Source: Selaginella moellendorffii (taxonomy: Eukaryota; Plantae; Lycopodiophyta). From it: a DNA stretch of 64,000 bases. The stretch covers positions 1,749,185-1,813,184 of the forward strand of contig NW_003314277.1 in assembly GCF_000143415.4 (NCBI RefSeq), in the 5' to 3' direction. Of the stretch, positions 33,076 through 47,339 are shown piece after piece; the stretch's first letter is position 1, and the number at the start of each line of letters is the position of its first letter. A program made the position numbers and the translations under genes. Below the pieces are notes generated by a model. The model was not told where the DNA came from and ran no database searches. It saw only the letters and a list, made by a program, of their open reading frames with translations.

Positions 33076-36000
33076 TGTGAAGTTGAAATGTATGGGTATA
33101 ATGCTGTATACTATTATTAACGTAGTGGGATTTTAAATTGGTTGTAATCTAGATCACTAGGGTTTTTGGGCTAATTGATATATATATTTCTATATTTTAT
33201 TTCTATATCTCATATATTCACATTAGTGAAGATGAGGGGTAGCTTTAATTGTCCCTAACGAGTGCTTGGATTTAGGATTTTGGTTTAGATCTAACTTTTA
33301 CATTATCTAAATCTCACCCTTTTTTATAATTTTTCNNNNNNNNNNNNNNNNNNNNNNNNNNNNNNNNNNNNNNNNNNNNNNNNNNNNNNNNNNNNNNNNN
33401 NNNNNNNNNNNNNNNNNNNNNNNNNNNNNNNNNNNNNNNNNNNNNNNNNNNNNNNNNNNNNNNNNNNNNNNNNNNNNNNNNNNNNNNNNNNNNNNNNNNN
33501 NNNNNNNNNNNNNNNNNNNNNNNNNNNNNNNNNNNNNNNNNNNNNNNNNNNNNNNNNNNNNNNNNNNNNNNNNNNNNNNNNNNNNNNNNNNNNNNNNNNN
33601 NNNNNNNNNNNNNNNNNNNNNNNNNNNNNNNNNNNNNNNNNNNNNNNNNNNNNNNNNNNNNNNNNNNNNNNNNNNNNNNNNNNNNNNNNNNNNNNNNNNN
33701 NNNNNNNNNNNNNNNNNNNNNNNNNNNNNNNNNNNNNNNNNNNNNNNNNNNNNNNNNNNNNNNNNNNNNNNNNNNNNNNNNNNNNNNNNNNNNNNNNNNN
33801 NNNNNNNNNNNNNNNNNNNNNNNNNNNNNNNNNNNNNNNNNNNNNNNNNNNNNNNNNNNNNNNNNNNNNNNNNNNNNNNNNNNNNNNNNNNNNNNNNNNN
33901 NTTATGGCAATGGCCATATACAAGCATGTGCACGGGATAAGGTAAACTTAGTGGTGCATGTGGGAATTTCAAACTTGAGTTATAGTTATTATGGGTGGTG
34001 CCAAGTTAAATTTTTGACCTTATCCTTGGTATGAATTGATTGCAACACAATTATACCAAATGTGACTTTGAACTTTTATTTCATATTTCTTTATATTTCT
34101 TCCATTCCTCTCACTTTTATTCCTTTTTTTCCTTTTGTGTCTACTTTTATTTCCATTACTTTTGTCCCCTCTTACTTCCTTCTATATTTTTGTCTTGTTC
34201 CTTTATTCCCTCTAGATTGCAACACGTCATTTTATTCTAATTGGGGATGCTCGTTCAATCATGGTTCTTGTTCGTCTTTAATCATTAAAAGAGATCAAAA
34301 TTTTATATACAAATATCAAAAAAATGTTGGAAAATGGTGTTATTCAAAGTCCTTAGGCTGATAGGTGTTTTTGCATCGACTATTACAAAGTGACAATCCT
34401 AGATATGTACCCTTTTCCTCACACTGCTAATGTTCTAGATCGTCTGGGAAGAAGTCATCAATTCACCAAATTAAATCTTGCTTTTAGGTGTTAACAAGTG
34501 TTGATGGCTAAGGAAAATATTCCCAAGATTGCTTTATATATACAATTTGGTTTGTAAGAGTTTTTGGTGATATCGTTTGGTTTGAACAATGCTCCAGTGA
34601 CTTTCCAGCAAATGATGAATGAGGTTCTTTGTGATATGCTAGAGGTGACTGCTGACTTCACTAATGATGTCTTAATCCACTCAAAAAGGATATAAAAGGA
34701 ACAAGTTCATGACATTCGTAAGATGTTAGATCAATTATGAGAAGGTAGTTTAAAGCTGAAGCGATCAAAGTGTGTATTTGGGTTCAAAAACACCATTTAT
34801 CTTGGGTACTATATTTTTTGTGAAGGTTTGCAATTTGATCTTAATAAACTTGTGGCTATTCTCAAATTCCCTACTCCAAAGTGTATGAATAATGTATAAT
34901 GCTTCTTAGGCAAGGTGCAATATCTCAGTTATTTTATTAATCATCTTTCTGATCGTACTGCACTATTGAAAGCATTATTAAAGTTGTTAACATTGTCCTT
35001 CATTTGGTCCATGGACTATGAGCAAGCGTTTACAGATCTTAAAGAGTTGTTCACGATTCCTTTAGTTTTGGTGTATCCTAACTACACTCGACCTTTCATT
35101 TTGCTCATGAATACTTCTGATATTAATATTAAAGGCATGTTGATGCAAAAGAGCCCAAATGTGTCTAATCTATGCCATCCTATTGCATATATCAATCATA
35201 CATTATAACTAATAAAAGTGAACTACTTCACTACAAAGAAGGAGTGTTTAATAATAATTTGGGGTTTTTGAGAAACTTCATGCATATCTACATGGTTTTC
35301 AGACTTTACTAGAGAATGATTATATTGCAGTTACTTCATTATTGAAGCATAAGGACTTGGTTGGTTATATTGCTTAGTGGGCTTTTAAGTTTCAAATATA
35401 TGATTTTGATATTGTTTATTGCCTGGGGAGTTCTATAGCTAATGTTAATGCCTTTTTTCGAGTTCCTTTTCCTTTTTCACTCTTTTATTATATTTTTAAC
35501 AAGTATGTTGTTCTAGCATCTGTGGATTTTTTGGACAAAGATTTCATATTATTCATAGTTGTTGTACTTAATATTCAATGTCCATAAAGTGCAAAGCAAA
35601 ATTTACCTTCTTTTAATAAGGTTCGTGATGTTCAAAAGGTTGAGCTATCAATTTAAAGGCTTTGGGATGGGTTTGAGAATCCTGCATCACTTGCTGATGA
35701 GTTACAATTTTAACTTTTACATTCTCAATATCATTTTGAGGACGATCTTCTTTATTATGTGAGGACTAATCCTGATGAGAATTTATAGTGGTGCCTTCTA
35801 TATTTATTCCATGCTTTCTCCATGCGTACTATAATTTTCCTATTTTAGGTGGGTATATGGGACATCATTGTGTGACTATGAAGTTGTGGAAGTCTTTCTA
35901 TTAATCAAAGATGCAACATGATGTTATCTAATATATGCGTAGTTACATTTAGTGCCAAGCTTGTAATATTCCCCCTTGTGTTGCAAAAGGACAATTGGAG

Positions 36001-37069
36001 TCAATTGCAATTTCCCATCCATTTGAGTTAGTGGTGTTTGATCTAATAGGGTATTTTTCACAGTTGACTACTGGCAATAAGTATGTCATTATTGCTTTTA
36101 ACTATTTGACTCATTTGGTGGAAGTCAATGCTCTTGTTAATGTGTCTGCAATTGTTATTGGATACTTCCTCCTCTATCAAGTGGTATTTTAACATTTCTA
36201 TCCAAAGTGAATTCTTTCAGATAATGGTCCCACATTTATGGTTGAAGCATTTTATATTTTAACATCTCGATTGGGGATATGTCACACTTTCACAAATGCT
36301 TATTATCCACAATCAAATGATTTGGTGGAATGACTCGTTCGGACTTTCAAAGGCATGATTAAAAAGTACGTGAATTTTTAGCATTTGGATTGGAATGGTT
36401 ATTTGCCATCTTTTTTATATGTGTATATTATAGGGGTATAGAGTTAACTCCGATATGGTTATAATCTGATACTACTAATGAGTTGAGTTTATCTTCATGA
36501 TTGCCACAAGTTGCCGATGCTAGGTCTTGGGATCAGTATTTGATAAGTATTCCTCCACTAGTTTGAGCAGAGTTTGTTGAACATTTGAGCTGCATATAAG
36601 TAGAACAACAATGGCACTAAAACTTTTATTATTATCCACCTGCAAAGTATAAAGTGAATGACTTGGTGTTAGTTTATTTTCCCAATCTTATGGTACATGG
36701 TTTTTCTAAGGGGATCCTTGCTTAGTGGAAGTAGCCATATTAAATATTGCAACAAGTTAGATCACAAATTTATGAGGTTTAGTATGACATCCAGCAAGCC
36801 AATCCTCTAGAAATTATGCATGTGCAATAATTAAAACGCTTCATAGAAAGAGGATTATAAACAGTTAATACCACTTATAAATCAACTAATGCCTTCTCAT
36901 AATGTTCTTTTATATCCCGGCTACAATGCCATATATTAGTATAGTGGGATTTTCATAACCATCAGATTGATTTCAATCCGGAGCACTCGCTCTTATATAT
37001 AATCTAAAGTTTTTTAACTAATTGATATATACATTTCTGTATTCCATTTCCATATTTCATGCACTCACA
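33076..37069 (+). mobile_element. Second, more degraded copy of the same short-LTR gypsy family in opposite orientation (spans the N gap)
   Basis: LTR-like 33076-33220 followed by a decayed PBS (TTAGTGAAGATGAGGGG); RT/RNase H/integrase sequence colinear with the reverse complement of 29000-31400; 3' LTR remnant ending CTCACA at 37069. Confidence 0.85.
33336..33901. other. Assembly gap (N run)
   Basis: Run of n characters. Confidence 1.
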
Positions 37070-37910
37070 ATTAAGTTTTTCATAGATATTAAAAGTTATA
37101 TTTGATGAAAGCTCAAAAGCCTTTTTATATTTATATTTGTCAGAATGATGAGATGGGTGTTTCTGGAGTAGAAGCACCTTATAAATAATTTTCACTCATC
37201 AAGCAAGTTAAATTTAAATGAAAATTTTATACATGTAGATAGAAAATTAATTTATAGTTTCTAAATGAAACTTGGTATTAAATGAGCTTACTCTGTATTT
37301 ATTTTAAAATATAAAAATTTGATGTATGGCAAATACATAATACAATGGTATAACAAAGTGATAAAAAATAGCAAAAATGAAATTAAAATAAAAATATTCT
37401 AATACTTTTCTATTTTATTTTTTCGAGGATAAAAAATATTTTTAATTGTAAAATTTTATTTTTTGCTAAAAAGTAGTTGGTCATGAATAAACTTTAAAAG
37501 TTTTGATTAATTTACTCATGTTTTTGTACCAGTGTATCATGTATTTGCTGTACAGTAATTGAAAATACTATCTTAATAACTACCTATAAAGTTTTTCACA
37601 GAATATTCTTTTAAATTTTCTTGCAATAAGTTTTTCCTTTTTTAAGTTAAATCATAATTTTGGAGAAAGTGTCACAACTTATTTGAAACCAATATTCTTA
37701 TGGGGGGCAGAGGAGAAGGCGAAGAGGATTTCAGCCGCTAGACACCTATTTGAACCTTTGAGTCTCATGCTCCTTGTTGGTGGGAGGGGGGACAGAATGA
37801 ATTATACTTATGGGATCTTTGAAAGAGAAGCTATGAAACGTGAAGAGAATAAATTAGTGGCGAGCCAGCAGCGGAGATAGGAACTAATGTCCTATTCATT
37901 ATATTATAAA

Positions 37911-39064
37911 TCATAGTGAGTCATTTTCATTTTGCTTGTGTTGCTGTGCTGCTTCTTCCACAAACCCTCCATACACGTAGGATCCAAAGCTCCAAATCGT
38001 AAGAAGGATTGACATTACCTTAAAGCCGCTCATGTTGTCCCCAAAAGACAGCACCGCCGCCACCGCTGTCAATGGAACTCTAGCCGCATTCAGAACTCCA
38101 GCAAACAAAGCCGACGTCAAGTAGAGCACTGCCACCCCGGCAAGAACCCCCAGCTGATTACTCACCGAAGCCCAAACGAGCACCATATAGTAAGCCACGG
38201 GGCCATGCTTGAACGCCTGGGACTCGCCACCCATGTCTCCAAAGTCACCACTGGCGATCACTCCCACCACCGTGAACAGGCACGCAAATATCGAGGTGAC
38301 CACCTGGAGCTCGAGCACCAAGTGCACAGCGGACCCAACCTTCCTGTCCAGGAGCTTGACAAAGACGAGCTCCGAGAGAACAAAGATGAGGCCGTGGAGC
38401 GCTGATCCAGCAACGTCGAGCACGAAGCCGATGAGGTACTGCCTGCTCGTCGTCCCTGGCGGCCTGTCGGAGCTCGAGTCGAGGCCGAGGATGACGGCCC
38501 CGGCCGTCATGATCGCGATGGAGTTGACGCTGGACGCATTGAGCTTCTTGTGGACGAGCAGCCACGCAAAGATGGCGGTGAAGGCGAGCGAGCTGGAGGC
38601 CAGCAGCGTGGACGTGGATGCCGGCAAGTAAGCGTAGCTCCAGGCGAACATGAAGTTATCGGCGGCGCTGAGGAAGCCAATTACCGCGTAGGCGAGGAGG
38701 AGCGTCCAGGTCGGGCGTGTTGGGGCGATGCCGCGGACTGGATAGACGAGCAAGAGGATGATAGCCGGGAGAGGCCACCCGGCTGATCCCACCCATGTAA
38801 GGAGCCAGCGATGGGAGCCGCCATTGACGTAGTAGAGCCGGAAGAGGATGCTCGACACCGGGAAAGCGACGAGCATTGTGAGCGTGCTTAGCACGAGTAG
38901 GATCCAGAAGCTCGCGGACATTCTCGAGTAGACGGCCCATAGCGCGGAGAATTTTGATTGTACTGCTGCGCGGCTGCTGCCACCTAGATGGATGCAAATC
39001 CAAGCAAAGCTAGGCTTTATGGAAAGAGTTAGAGGAGCTACTTACCATCCTCGTGTTCCGCCAT
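37911..39064 (-). CDS. Purine permease (PUP family, PUP5-like; DMT superfamily), 2 exons
   Basis: LVAFPVSSILFRLYYVNGG..WL..W...AGWP, GFLSAADNFMFAWSYAYLPAST and ~10 TM segments. Micro first exon MAEHED(G) at 39046-39064; intron 38984-39045. Confidence 0.9.
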
Positions 39065-39394
39065 AGCCAACAAACACTTCTTTAGGCCTGTCATTCTCCT
39101 TGCGAGCGAATATACCTGGTAGAGTTTGGGACTTGTCCCAATGATGCATTTGCAGTAACATAGAGCATAGAGCGAAAGTTTCTACTTCAGGTGCTACTTA
39201 ACAATATACCTTTTTGCGATCGGAATGTTCCACCAGAAAACATCTCAATCTTCCATCTTGTAAAAGACTCCCAAGACGTCCGCTGCGCGCCCGCACTTTC
39301 CATACATTTCTCCATGACAAGGAACCTAAATGCCGCTGCCATACTTATTTTGGAAGAGGGGAATATCATTCACCACATTCTCATACGATTGTTT

Positions 39395-41324
39395 TCAAAA
39401 GCTGTGCCGCATCGAGTGATGGATTTTCTTGCGCGTCAAACGTTTTGAGTTACACATCCGCGAGAGTAAGTCCTTGCTGCGATCATCACACATCATCTGT
39501 AATGTAAGAAAAAGATGGTTTTCAAAATCGTTTATTTGGAACATGAGTACTGTTCTAACCAGCTGCGAGACAAGCGTGTAGAGTGGTAGTGTGTTATAGC
39601 TGCAAAGAACTTGGACAAAGATCCTGAAAGCTGAGCAAGTTAAATATTTAAAGAAGATAAATTACTTTACCCGATAACAACATGAACTATCACCGCTATT
39701 TTGTTGTCTAAAAGACATGAATCGATCCCAAACTCTAGCTATAAAACAAATAAAAATATAAAAGAAGAATAGGTGACGACGACATTACCCAGATCCAGAA
39801 AAATAAAGTCAAGCCAAACGAGTTCTGCATGTCCACAGTTTTTCCTCAGTTTTTTTTCATTTTATTCCAAAATACCTGGAAGATAATGAAATGAAAGACG
39901 TAAAGGAAGGACTGGGACTTCGGTTGCATTTCCTCGTTGAACTTAGCATTACGTAATTCAAGCTGGAGTTTAGTGCCCATGATCAAAAGAAGCTGCATTT
40001 CAACGAATTAGCTAGCAAATTAGTATAGAAGTCACGCTTAACTCCCAATGGTATGAATGCCATCCACACGAACGTGTGCCACCCTGAACAAATACTATGA
40101 GAAAATTGTATTGCAACATGCAAATGGGGCTTACCATTGATGTTTAGAAGGAGAAACAAGATTACACAAATCCAAAAATAGGCACTGCCATCGATTACGA
40201 GAGTGAGAACCAAAATCAAACACAGCGATTTCTAAGAACCTGATTCCAATGACCGTTCGAAAGTCATCACCCAGTACCATGCATAAGTACTTGTGAAAAT
40301 TGAACTGCGGGATCAATCCATGTTTCTAAAAGTTAAAAACGCGTTAGATCTTCTGGAGAGTGTTATATTTGAAGCTTTGCAATACTCGGATGAAAGCTTG
40401 ACGGATGGCTTGGTAGTCTGACTTAGTCACAGAGATTCCAAGTTGCTGGAAGCAACAAACCTGTAAGCTTGGGACAAATGAGAATTCTTTGATAAAGTTC
40501 TGAACAGAAACCCACAGTGACGGCAGTCATGGTTGAGAAACACAGGTGGCTTAGGGAAGCTGGAGGTGATGTCTCACTTGTGTCATCACTGCATTTGCTA
40601 AGTTCTTTCTCCCACTTCCACCATGACCACATCTGATAGACATACTTGGAAGAACAAAAATAAAACCCAAGTTTTTACCTTTGCTCTACTTAGTAGCAGG
40701 GTCAAGCAACAGCACGAGAGATGAAGAGCTCCCAAAAGGAATATCAAAATGTGAAGGTAATGGATATCTTCGCTCTCGATCAGTGTAACTTTGCCCTGCG
40801 AAAAGACAGCACCAAAAGTAGAAAAACCAAAGTAACCAAATGGGACTTTATGTATATACGAACATTTCTTTCGCAAGTGTTCTTCGAACGGCTGTGTCTT
40901 CTATAGCTTTCACGGCATGGAGTGATGCGCGCACTGACCCCAAGAGTCGATGAGACACAAAAGAGTTCCCCCAGCAATTGGAAAGCTCCGAGAAGAAGCG
41001 AGATGGAGCCAAGCAGCATTAACTCTATCGATTGATATAAGTTAGAAACTTACTAGACAATAGACAATGCCATTTACCTTCTTTCAATCCTTGCAATGCA
41101 GCATCTACTTGGATCCATTTGCGTCGCTTGAACCACTGGAAAACAAATCATGGAATTTATATGGCATTGTGTTATTACCTCCAAGAGAGCTTTAGACCGG
41201 CTTTAGAGCAAACCATGGTAGTAAAATGGACCACATTCTTGATGGCGAGGGCCAGAAGAACAATGACAGAGCACACAGCGGCAATGGCCCAAGTTGGAGC
41301 GTCCTGAATCCTCAAAGCTTGCAT
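39395..41324 (-). CDS. MLO: MLO family seven-TM protein, divergent, multi-exon (3' end uncertain)
   Basis: DAPTWAIAAVC, LKEELMLLGSISLLL, HYLHILIFLLGALH, FNFHKYL...GDDFRTVIGIS, LLLNINGWHTFVW, GTKLQ, FQNSF and QVLCSYNTLPLYTLVSQ. Confidence 0.85.
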
Positions 41325-44300
41325 TGGAACCAATCACACTTTTGGGGGAATTCGTAAAGAGAGCAAGAGAGCTTTGCCTTTTACTCTTCGTAAGAAAGGG
41401 AGTGAGAGTAGCAAAGCAAGAGATGCCCACTAGACGGCTGCGGCCTATGGAAAGGAGACATAGAGTCGAGCACATTTAAGCGGCATCCATTTTCTTTTCT
41501 TACTTTCTCGCAAGTCTCTTTCATCTGGCTCCGACTTGGCACTTTGGAACAATCAAACAAATCTTTAGTGTAGTTCAAAACCAAACACGGAGATTGGTGG
41601 AGTCCACAACTTCTGAGGAAGATCTTACGCAAGGCCGCTGGAGTTTCGTAGACAAGTTTACGGAGTTCCTGCTTTGATTGGCAAGTTAAATTTGAGTGAG
41701 GACTATTTCAGGAAACTTGGAGAGACGTTTCGCAAGATTATATTATGACCTAGATTCTGGTTGGGAGTTATAGAACTCCACATTAATTTGCAATTCAGTA
41801 GTAACAATGGAAATTTACTTGAATTATTTTGAATACTCAGTAAATATATACATTAAAGTTACACTCAAACCTTATATTAATATGCTACACTCAGCAATAA
41901 CACCAGGATTACATAAATGTTTTACATAAATAAAGTTTATATTACAGATTGATATGATATGGGTTTGATGAATTGATTGTTTTGGTGTACAATTGTCAAA
42001 AGTAGAAGAATACTCTAAAATATACTTAGATATTCTAAAAGTATTCATTAAATAAAATCTTTGTTACAATAGGACTCACCACCAAATGAAAAGTTATTTA
42101 TTGTAAAATTTTACCAAAAGCATATCCAAAAGCATACATAATGAATATAAACAAACATATATTTGAGTGAGCTATGCATTTCATGTAGATAGGGTTTAGA
42201 ACCTTGCTTCATAGTGGGATATTGACATCTCTCCAAGTTTCTTAAAATAGTCCTCACTCTTCAAATTTAAATTGCCAATCAAAAACAATGTGCCAACCAA
42301 CCTTTATCAAACTTATTCAAACTTAGATCTTCTTTAAAAGTTGTAGACTCCTAGGTCTCTCTTTCTCTCTATGATAAGCTTTTGACAAATTGAACACTCT
42401 AATATCAATAGTTTTCTTAGATCCTTTTCTTTAGCTCTAATTAGGTCTTAATACTCTACAGAAGTTATATAAAGCATTAGAGCAATTTAATATAATACTT
42501 CACTCACAACTTAACAAATTTATTCAACACCAACTTTCTAATTTAGAGCCAAAGATTAGTATGCCAATCCAGTAGTGCAGGAATTATTGTCACTATGGAA
42601 CTATAAATCTTTAGAACCTTTGGGGATCAATAAAGATAAAATAGTTATTAAGAGCTTTTTCATTAAGTAATTTCCCTTTTTCTAGTTTACTTAAGGAAAA
42701 AGAGATAGAGTATGCTACAACATCTAATCCATATTTTTGGAATTCCTTCTTACGATACTGATCTGCCTCTTGAACTTAGGGTCCTTGTTAGATTTGCTTT
42801 CACTCATCTGCTGTTGCAAAATATATTTTATATATTTGATCACAAAAATATAGGAATTGTTCAATTGGATAAGTTATACCTCCTCCTTATTTTGGCTCTA
42901 GTTTCTTCTTGATGGATCTTTAAGCTTTTTATATTATTACTCACTTTCAGTCCACTATATCTAACTTCTCTTTTTAAAAGTGTTAATAGAAATTTCAAGA
43001 TTTTGTACTTTCTCATTGTATTCTCTTTTGACTAGCATAAAGTCTAACTTATATTAAAGTGGTGAATGGTTAACAAATCTCCTTTGGTTTTATCACACAT
43101 GAGAGTAAGTTGGTAAAAATGATAACATTTGAAGGTCTTCATCATTCTTAATTTTCCTTAATTTGAGTTGGTGACTTAATAGCAGATTGGAAGTAGCGAA
43201 TGAACAATTATCCCCTTCTCTAAGTCTTTGTTCTTCTGCTTTTACAATCTAAATTTCTCACATTTCTTTGCATGAGTTATGAGTTCTAACACTTTACTCT
43301 TTATAGAGCTTACATAGCTCTTTTGCCATTATGAAGATCATCATTTAGGTTCTTTGGTTGGATGTTATACTCCCTATGACCAATATTGTAAACTAACAAT
43401 ATATTGACATAGAAGAATATTTGGTAAAATTGTTGAGGTAGAGTGTAAATTTCTTAGCAGGCAATGTTGACTTGATCACCTTGGGCTCCTTAGTATTGAT
43501 CTCAAAGTAGTATGATCCCATCCTTTCTAAGAACTTATGATATAAACCTAGAAGTACTAGCACTCTTTTCTCTTTCTTCCATGAATTTATGATATTAACT
43601 TGGAAAAATTAGCTTGATCTGCTCTGACATATTTGGCTCCACATGAAAGTCTAAATTGTCAGTCTCGAAAATAGGACTTCAGAATTATAATAGTGTTAGA
43701 ACCACTTGTATATATAATAATGTCTTTAAGGCTCAATTGCTCATCCTTCATCTCCACTTCAAACAGGTGCTTATTTCCTTGAAATTGATATCATACTTAT
43801 GAAATATGGCAAGGAGAGCTATTTGGTGCTTGCAAAACATTGGTCAATTAGTGTTGTTATAGAGATATGCTAAAAATGCCTTCAATAATTAAAATGATAT
43901 ATCCTCCATCTCAATTATGAAAGTCTTCCTCTCTCAAGTCAACTAAAAAGTGCTCAAAATCTAACTTGTGCATTACAAAAATATCATGCCTATACCCAAT
44001 GCTTAAACTCTATTGATATGCAAAATGAACTGATAGGATTCCCACTTTATGCAACACTAAAAAAGTCATATGTGATATTGATATGGATTTTACATGAGGT
44101 GGCATTTGAAGAATTCATATATGTACAAAACCATCATGCATGCATTCCAATATATGCCCATACCTTGAAAAAATGTTGTATCCAAAAGATTATTTTTGAG
44201 CCACATATCTGTTTAAACAATTTAAATATACATGTTTTAAATTGATTTGTCTTGCAGTAAAATTTTGAGCTCTTTGCAATGTCACCTACCTAAGGTACAC

Positions 44301-44359
44301 CTCCTTCCAAAACATGCCTACACATCCATAAAATTTTTTATCACTTGGATAATATTATA

Positions 44360-44780
44360 GTGTATATGGTTTTCACCCTTTATATTCCATATATATACCT
44401 CATAAGTAGATCTAGATACTTTTTATAAATAGCCAATAGAACTGAATGGGACCAACATATGGGAAATGATAGTGAGGGTGTCTTAAAAGATATGGCAAAC
44501 TATCATATAGTGATATTGAAGGATTAGTGCTCAATACATGAGGGTTCTTGTTACTAGTGAGATAAATTTTTTTTACTGAGCTAAGTCTACTTAAATAATA
44601 ACACATAGAAATTATGTCTTTATGCTAGTCCAATCTAAATGACTTCAAAATACCCATTTAACTTTAATTATAGAAGGACTGTTAAAAGGCCTACCAATAC
44701 TAATTTTTTACCGTCATAGTAGTAAAAGAAGAATATTTGAAAAAACTTGCTGACTTATAACTTTTAATACCCACAATTAC
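44360..44780. repeat. Degraded copy of the LTR-like repeat also present at 47340-48290 and 48440-49395
   Basis: Shared block GATAGTGAGGGTGT..ATGG.AAACTATCAT and colinear flanking sequence. Confidence 0.6.
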
Positions 44781-47339
44781 ATTCGTGATATGCTCCCCTC
44801 TTTAAAAACATCAATATCCTCATAAATGCATACTTTAGTTTAAACCACCACTAAGGAAACAACTCCACATTCAGTTCAAAAAATAATTAACCATCTTAAA
44901 GAATGGCAAAATCATCAAATATCAATGATAGTCAGGCAAGACCTTTAACAAAAATAATCGGCTATCCCAAATAAAAATCAATTATTACCAATGAATGCAA
45001 GATATAGAAGTTAATTTGAATATCAAAGATAATGAGCCAAAATACCTTTTCTAACAACTCTTAACAAATGAAATAATAAGTATGAAAACTCAAATAACCA
45101 AAACTCAAAGAAGTCTATAACCAAATCTTGTATAATAATGATCATAAATTTTGCATTAATTAACTTTAATACTAAAGATGAATTCATAATATAACGCACA
45201 ACATGTTTCCCAGCACATCTAAAGCTTTATAATGCAAAAGCTAATGAAGAATATATATGCATTTATCCAAAAGCTAAACATAACAAAGCATATTAGTTTT
45301 GCAAAAGGAAGAGTTAGTAATTGATAATTGGAATTGTTAGATCATTGTTAAACTTGAGTTGACATTATCAATCATTGATGATCCTTATTATGCTTGTTAG
45401 CAAATGGATTTATAAAGGATTAATTTGATGAACACTTATTAAGTATAGTTCATAACTAAATAATTCTTTCAAGGAAAAACCAAAGCTTAAACCTCTACTA
45501 AGCAATCTCATCTAGAACATAGTTAACCCAACTTACCATTCAGTTTATTTGAACATTAATATAGTTGTTAACTAGCAAAATACATGAATGCTAATGATAC
45601 AAAGATATGGCCTAAATAATCAACACCATCTTACGAGATTAGTGAAACAAAATATCAATCTCCAATAAACCCAAATAATCATCAATCACTATAGATGAAA
45701 AATTTAACATCCTCAATATGCCTATAAAGAAATATTTTGTCTCACTTTAGTATCAATGTCAAGGCATCACTTCAATGCCATTAACACCAAAACAAAGCAA
45801 AAGTGAACCACCACTTAAAACTCTTTAACAACCAACCTAACTAAGATCAAAGATACCTTATTGAATATTTAAGACCAATATTTTAATAATATTTAACTAT
45901 AAATAACAAATCATCAAAATGTAAATCGCCATGTCTAAGTAAAGTGTCAGCAGTAATTAATAAAGTCTACAAGCAATCACTAGTTGCAAGTAACTAACAA
46001 TTACCTTTTAACTTATGTTCATAAGACTCCAAACACTAAACTCATATAATTGAGTCATATAAGAAAACGCTTTAGATACAACATAAGGATCATGAACAAG
46101 TATAGATAAAATAACTACTCAAATTCAATTATACAATGATAAGCCTATCAATATGTTTAGCTAATGACTTTAAGTATAATTAAAGAGCTAGTTATGAATG
46201 ATCAATGCTTAGCCAAAACTAAAGTAAGGCCCATTAGAATAACTAAGTTAAACATCACTATCCTTAGTTAAGGCATGCTATTAAGACTAAGTCAATATCA
46301 AGGAGAATTCACTATTCTTATAGAGTTTAACCAAATATAAAGTGCTCAGAAAAAAAAGCATATAAGGTCATCTTTCTAGAGAAGTGCAACAATGACTTTT
46401 CTATTCTAATTCTAAACTCTATTTAACTCAATTGATTTAGATCTAAAAGTTAACATCCCTTAAAGTCACATCACACAAACTACTTACTAAGTTAACTGAA
46501 GTAATTACTAATCCTTTCACCAGTTTGTAATGGTTTATAAAAACAAAATGGTTTTTGAGCAAAATGATCAATAAATTAATCATTGGAAAAGCTTAAGAAA
46601 ATTTATGGAAAATCTTCCATTCTAGAGAAAGAATAACCTTCAATCTATGAATGTAAATTTTCAAAACTCAACTAACTTCTTTTTATTTATAACTTCACAT
46701 AGGTTCACCTCAATACAAATTCCCATGACCCATTAGTATACCTAAGTGATGAACACCATGCTATATATCTGATATCCAATGTTGATTGTTACAAATGCTA
46801 ATAAATACCCAAGACTTTATCTTAAATACCATATCTTCAAATATTTATATCATACTAACACTCTTCAATCATTTTCAAGATTTAGTATAGAATCAAAAAA
46901 TTAACAAAAAAAATAATATGAAAAATCAAACTCTAAGATAAACTCCCTATCACTTGATATAGCTATATTATTTCCACTAACACAAATGCTAGCAATACCA
47001 ATGCACAATTTCTTCATTTAACAATTTACTCTAAGTGGTAATAGATCCATTAACAAGCTATAGTAAATGAATGTTATAATTTTTCCAAAACCTCAATAAG
47101 CAAACTCTTAAGGAAACAAGGTACTCTCACCAACTTAATATAATAGATCACTTTTGAGAATATAGTTAAAGCTAATACAATGCTACTACTTGTAAGTAGA
47201 CTATCATCAACCACTTTGGGGTTAATTGTTATTTGACCAACTAGCTTTACAAACACATTGCTCATGATCTCAAGGATATAATATAAAAATTAAAATAACG
47301 TGATCACCAATTGAGCAATATTATAAACACATTCATGTC

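Noticed and set aside
33307-33972. ORFs containing long X runs (also 53678-54023)
   Set aside because: Artefacts of assembly gaps.
33940-34215. Possible Ogre-like intron between protease and RT in the short-LTR element
   Set aside because: The first part still reads as degenerate protease (..DLILGMN*L..), and the T-rich part is explained by C>T decay.
42000-44350. Possible DNA-transposase or caulimovirus remnant
   Set aside because: Translations by eye gave no convincing catalytic motifs; left as unclassified AT-rich decayed sequence.
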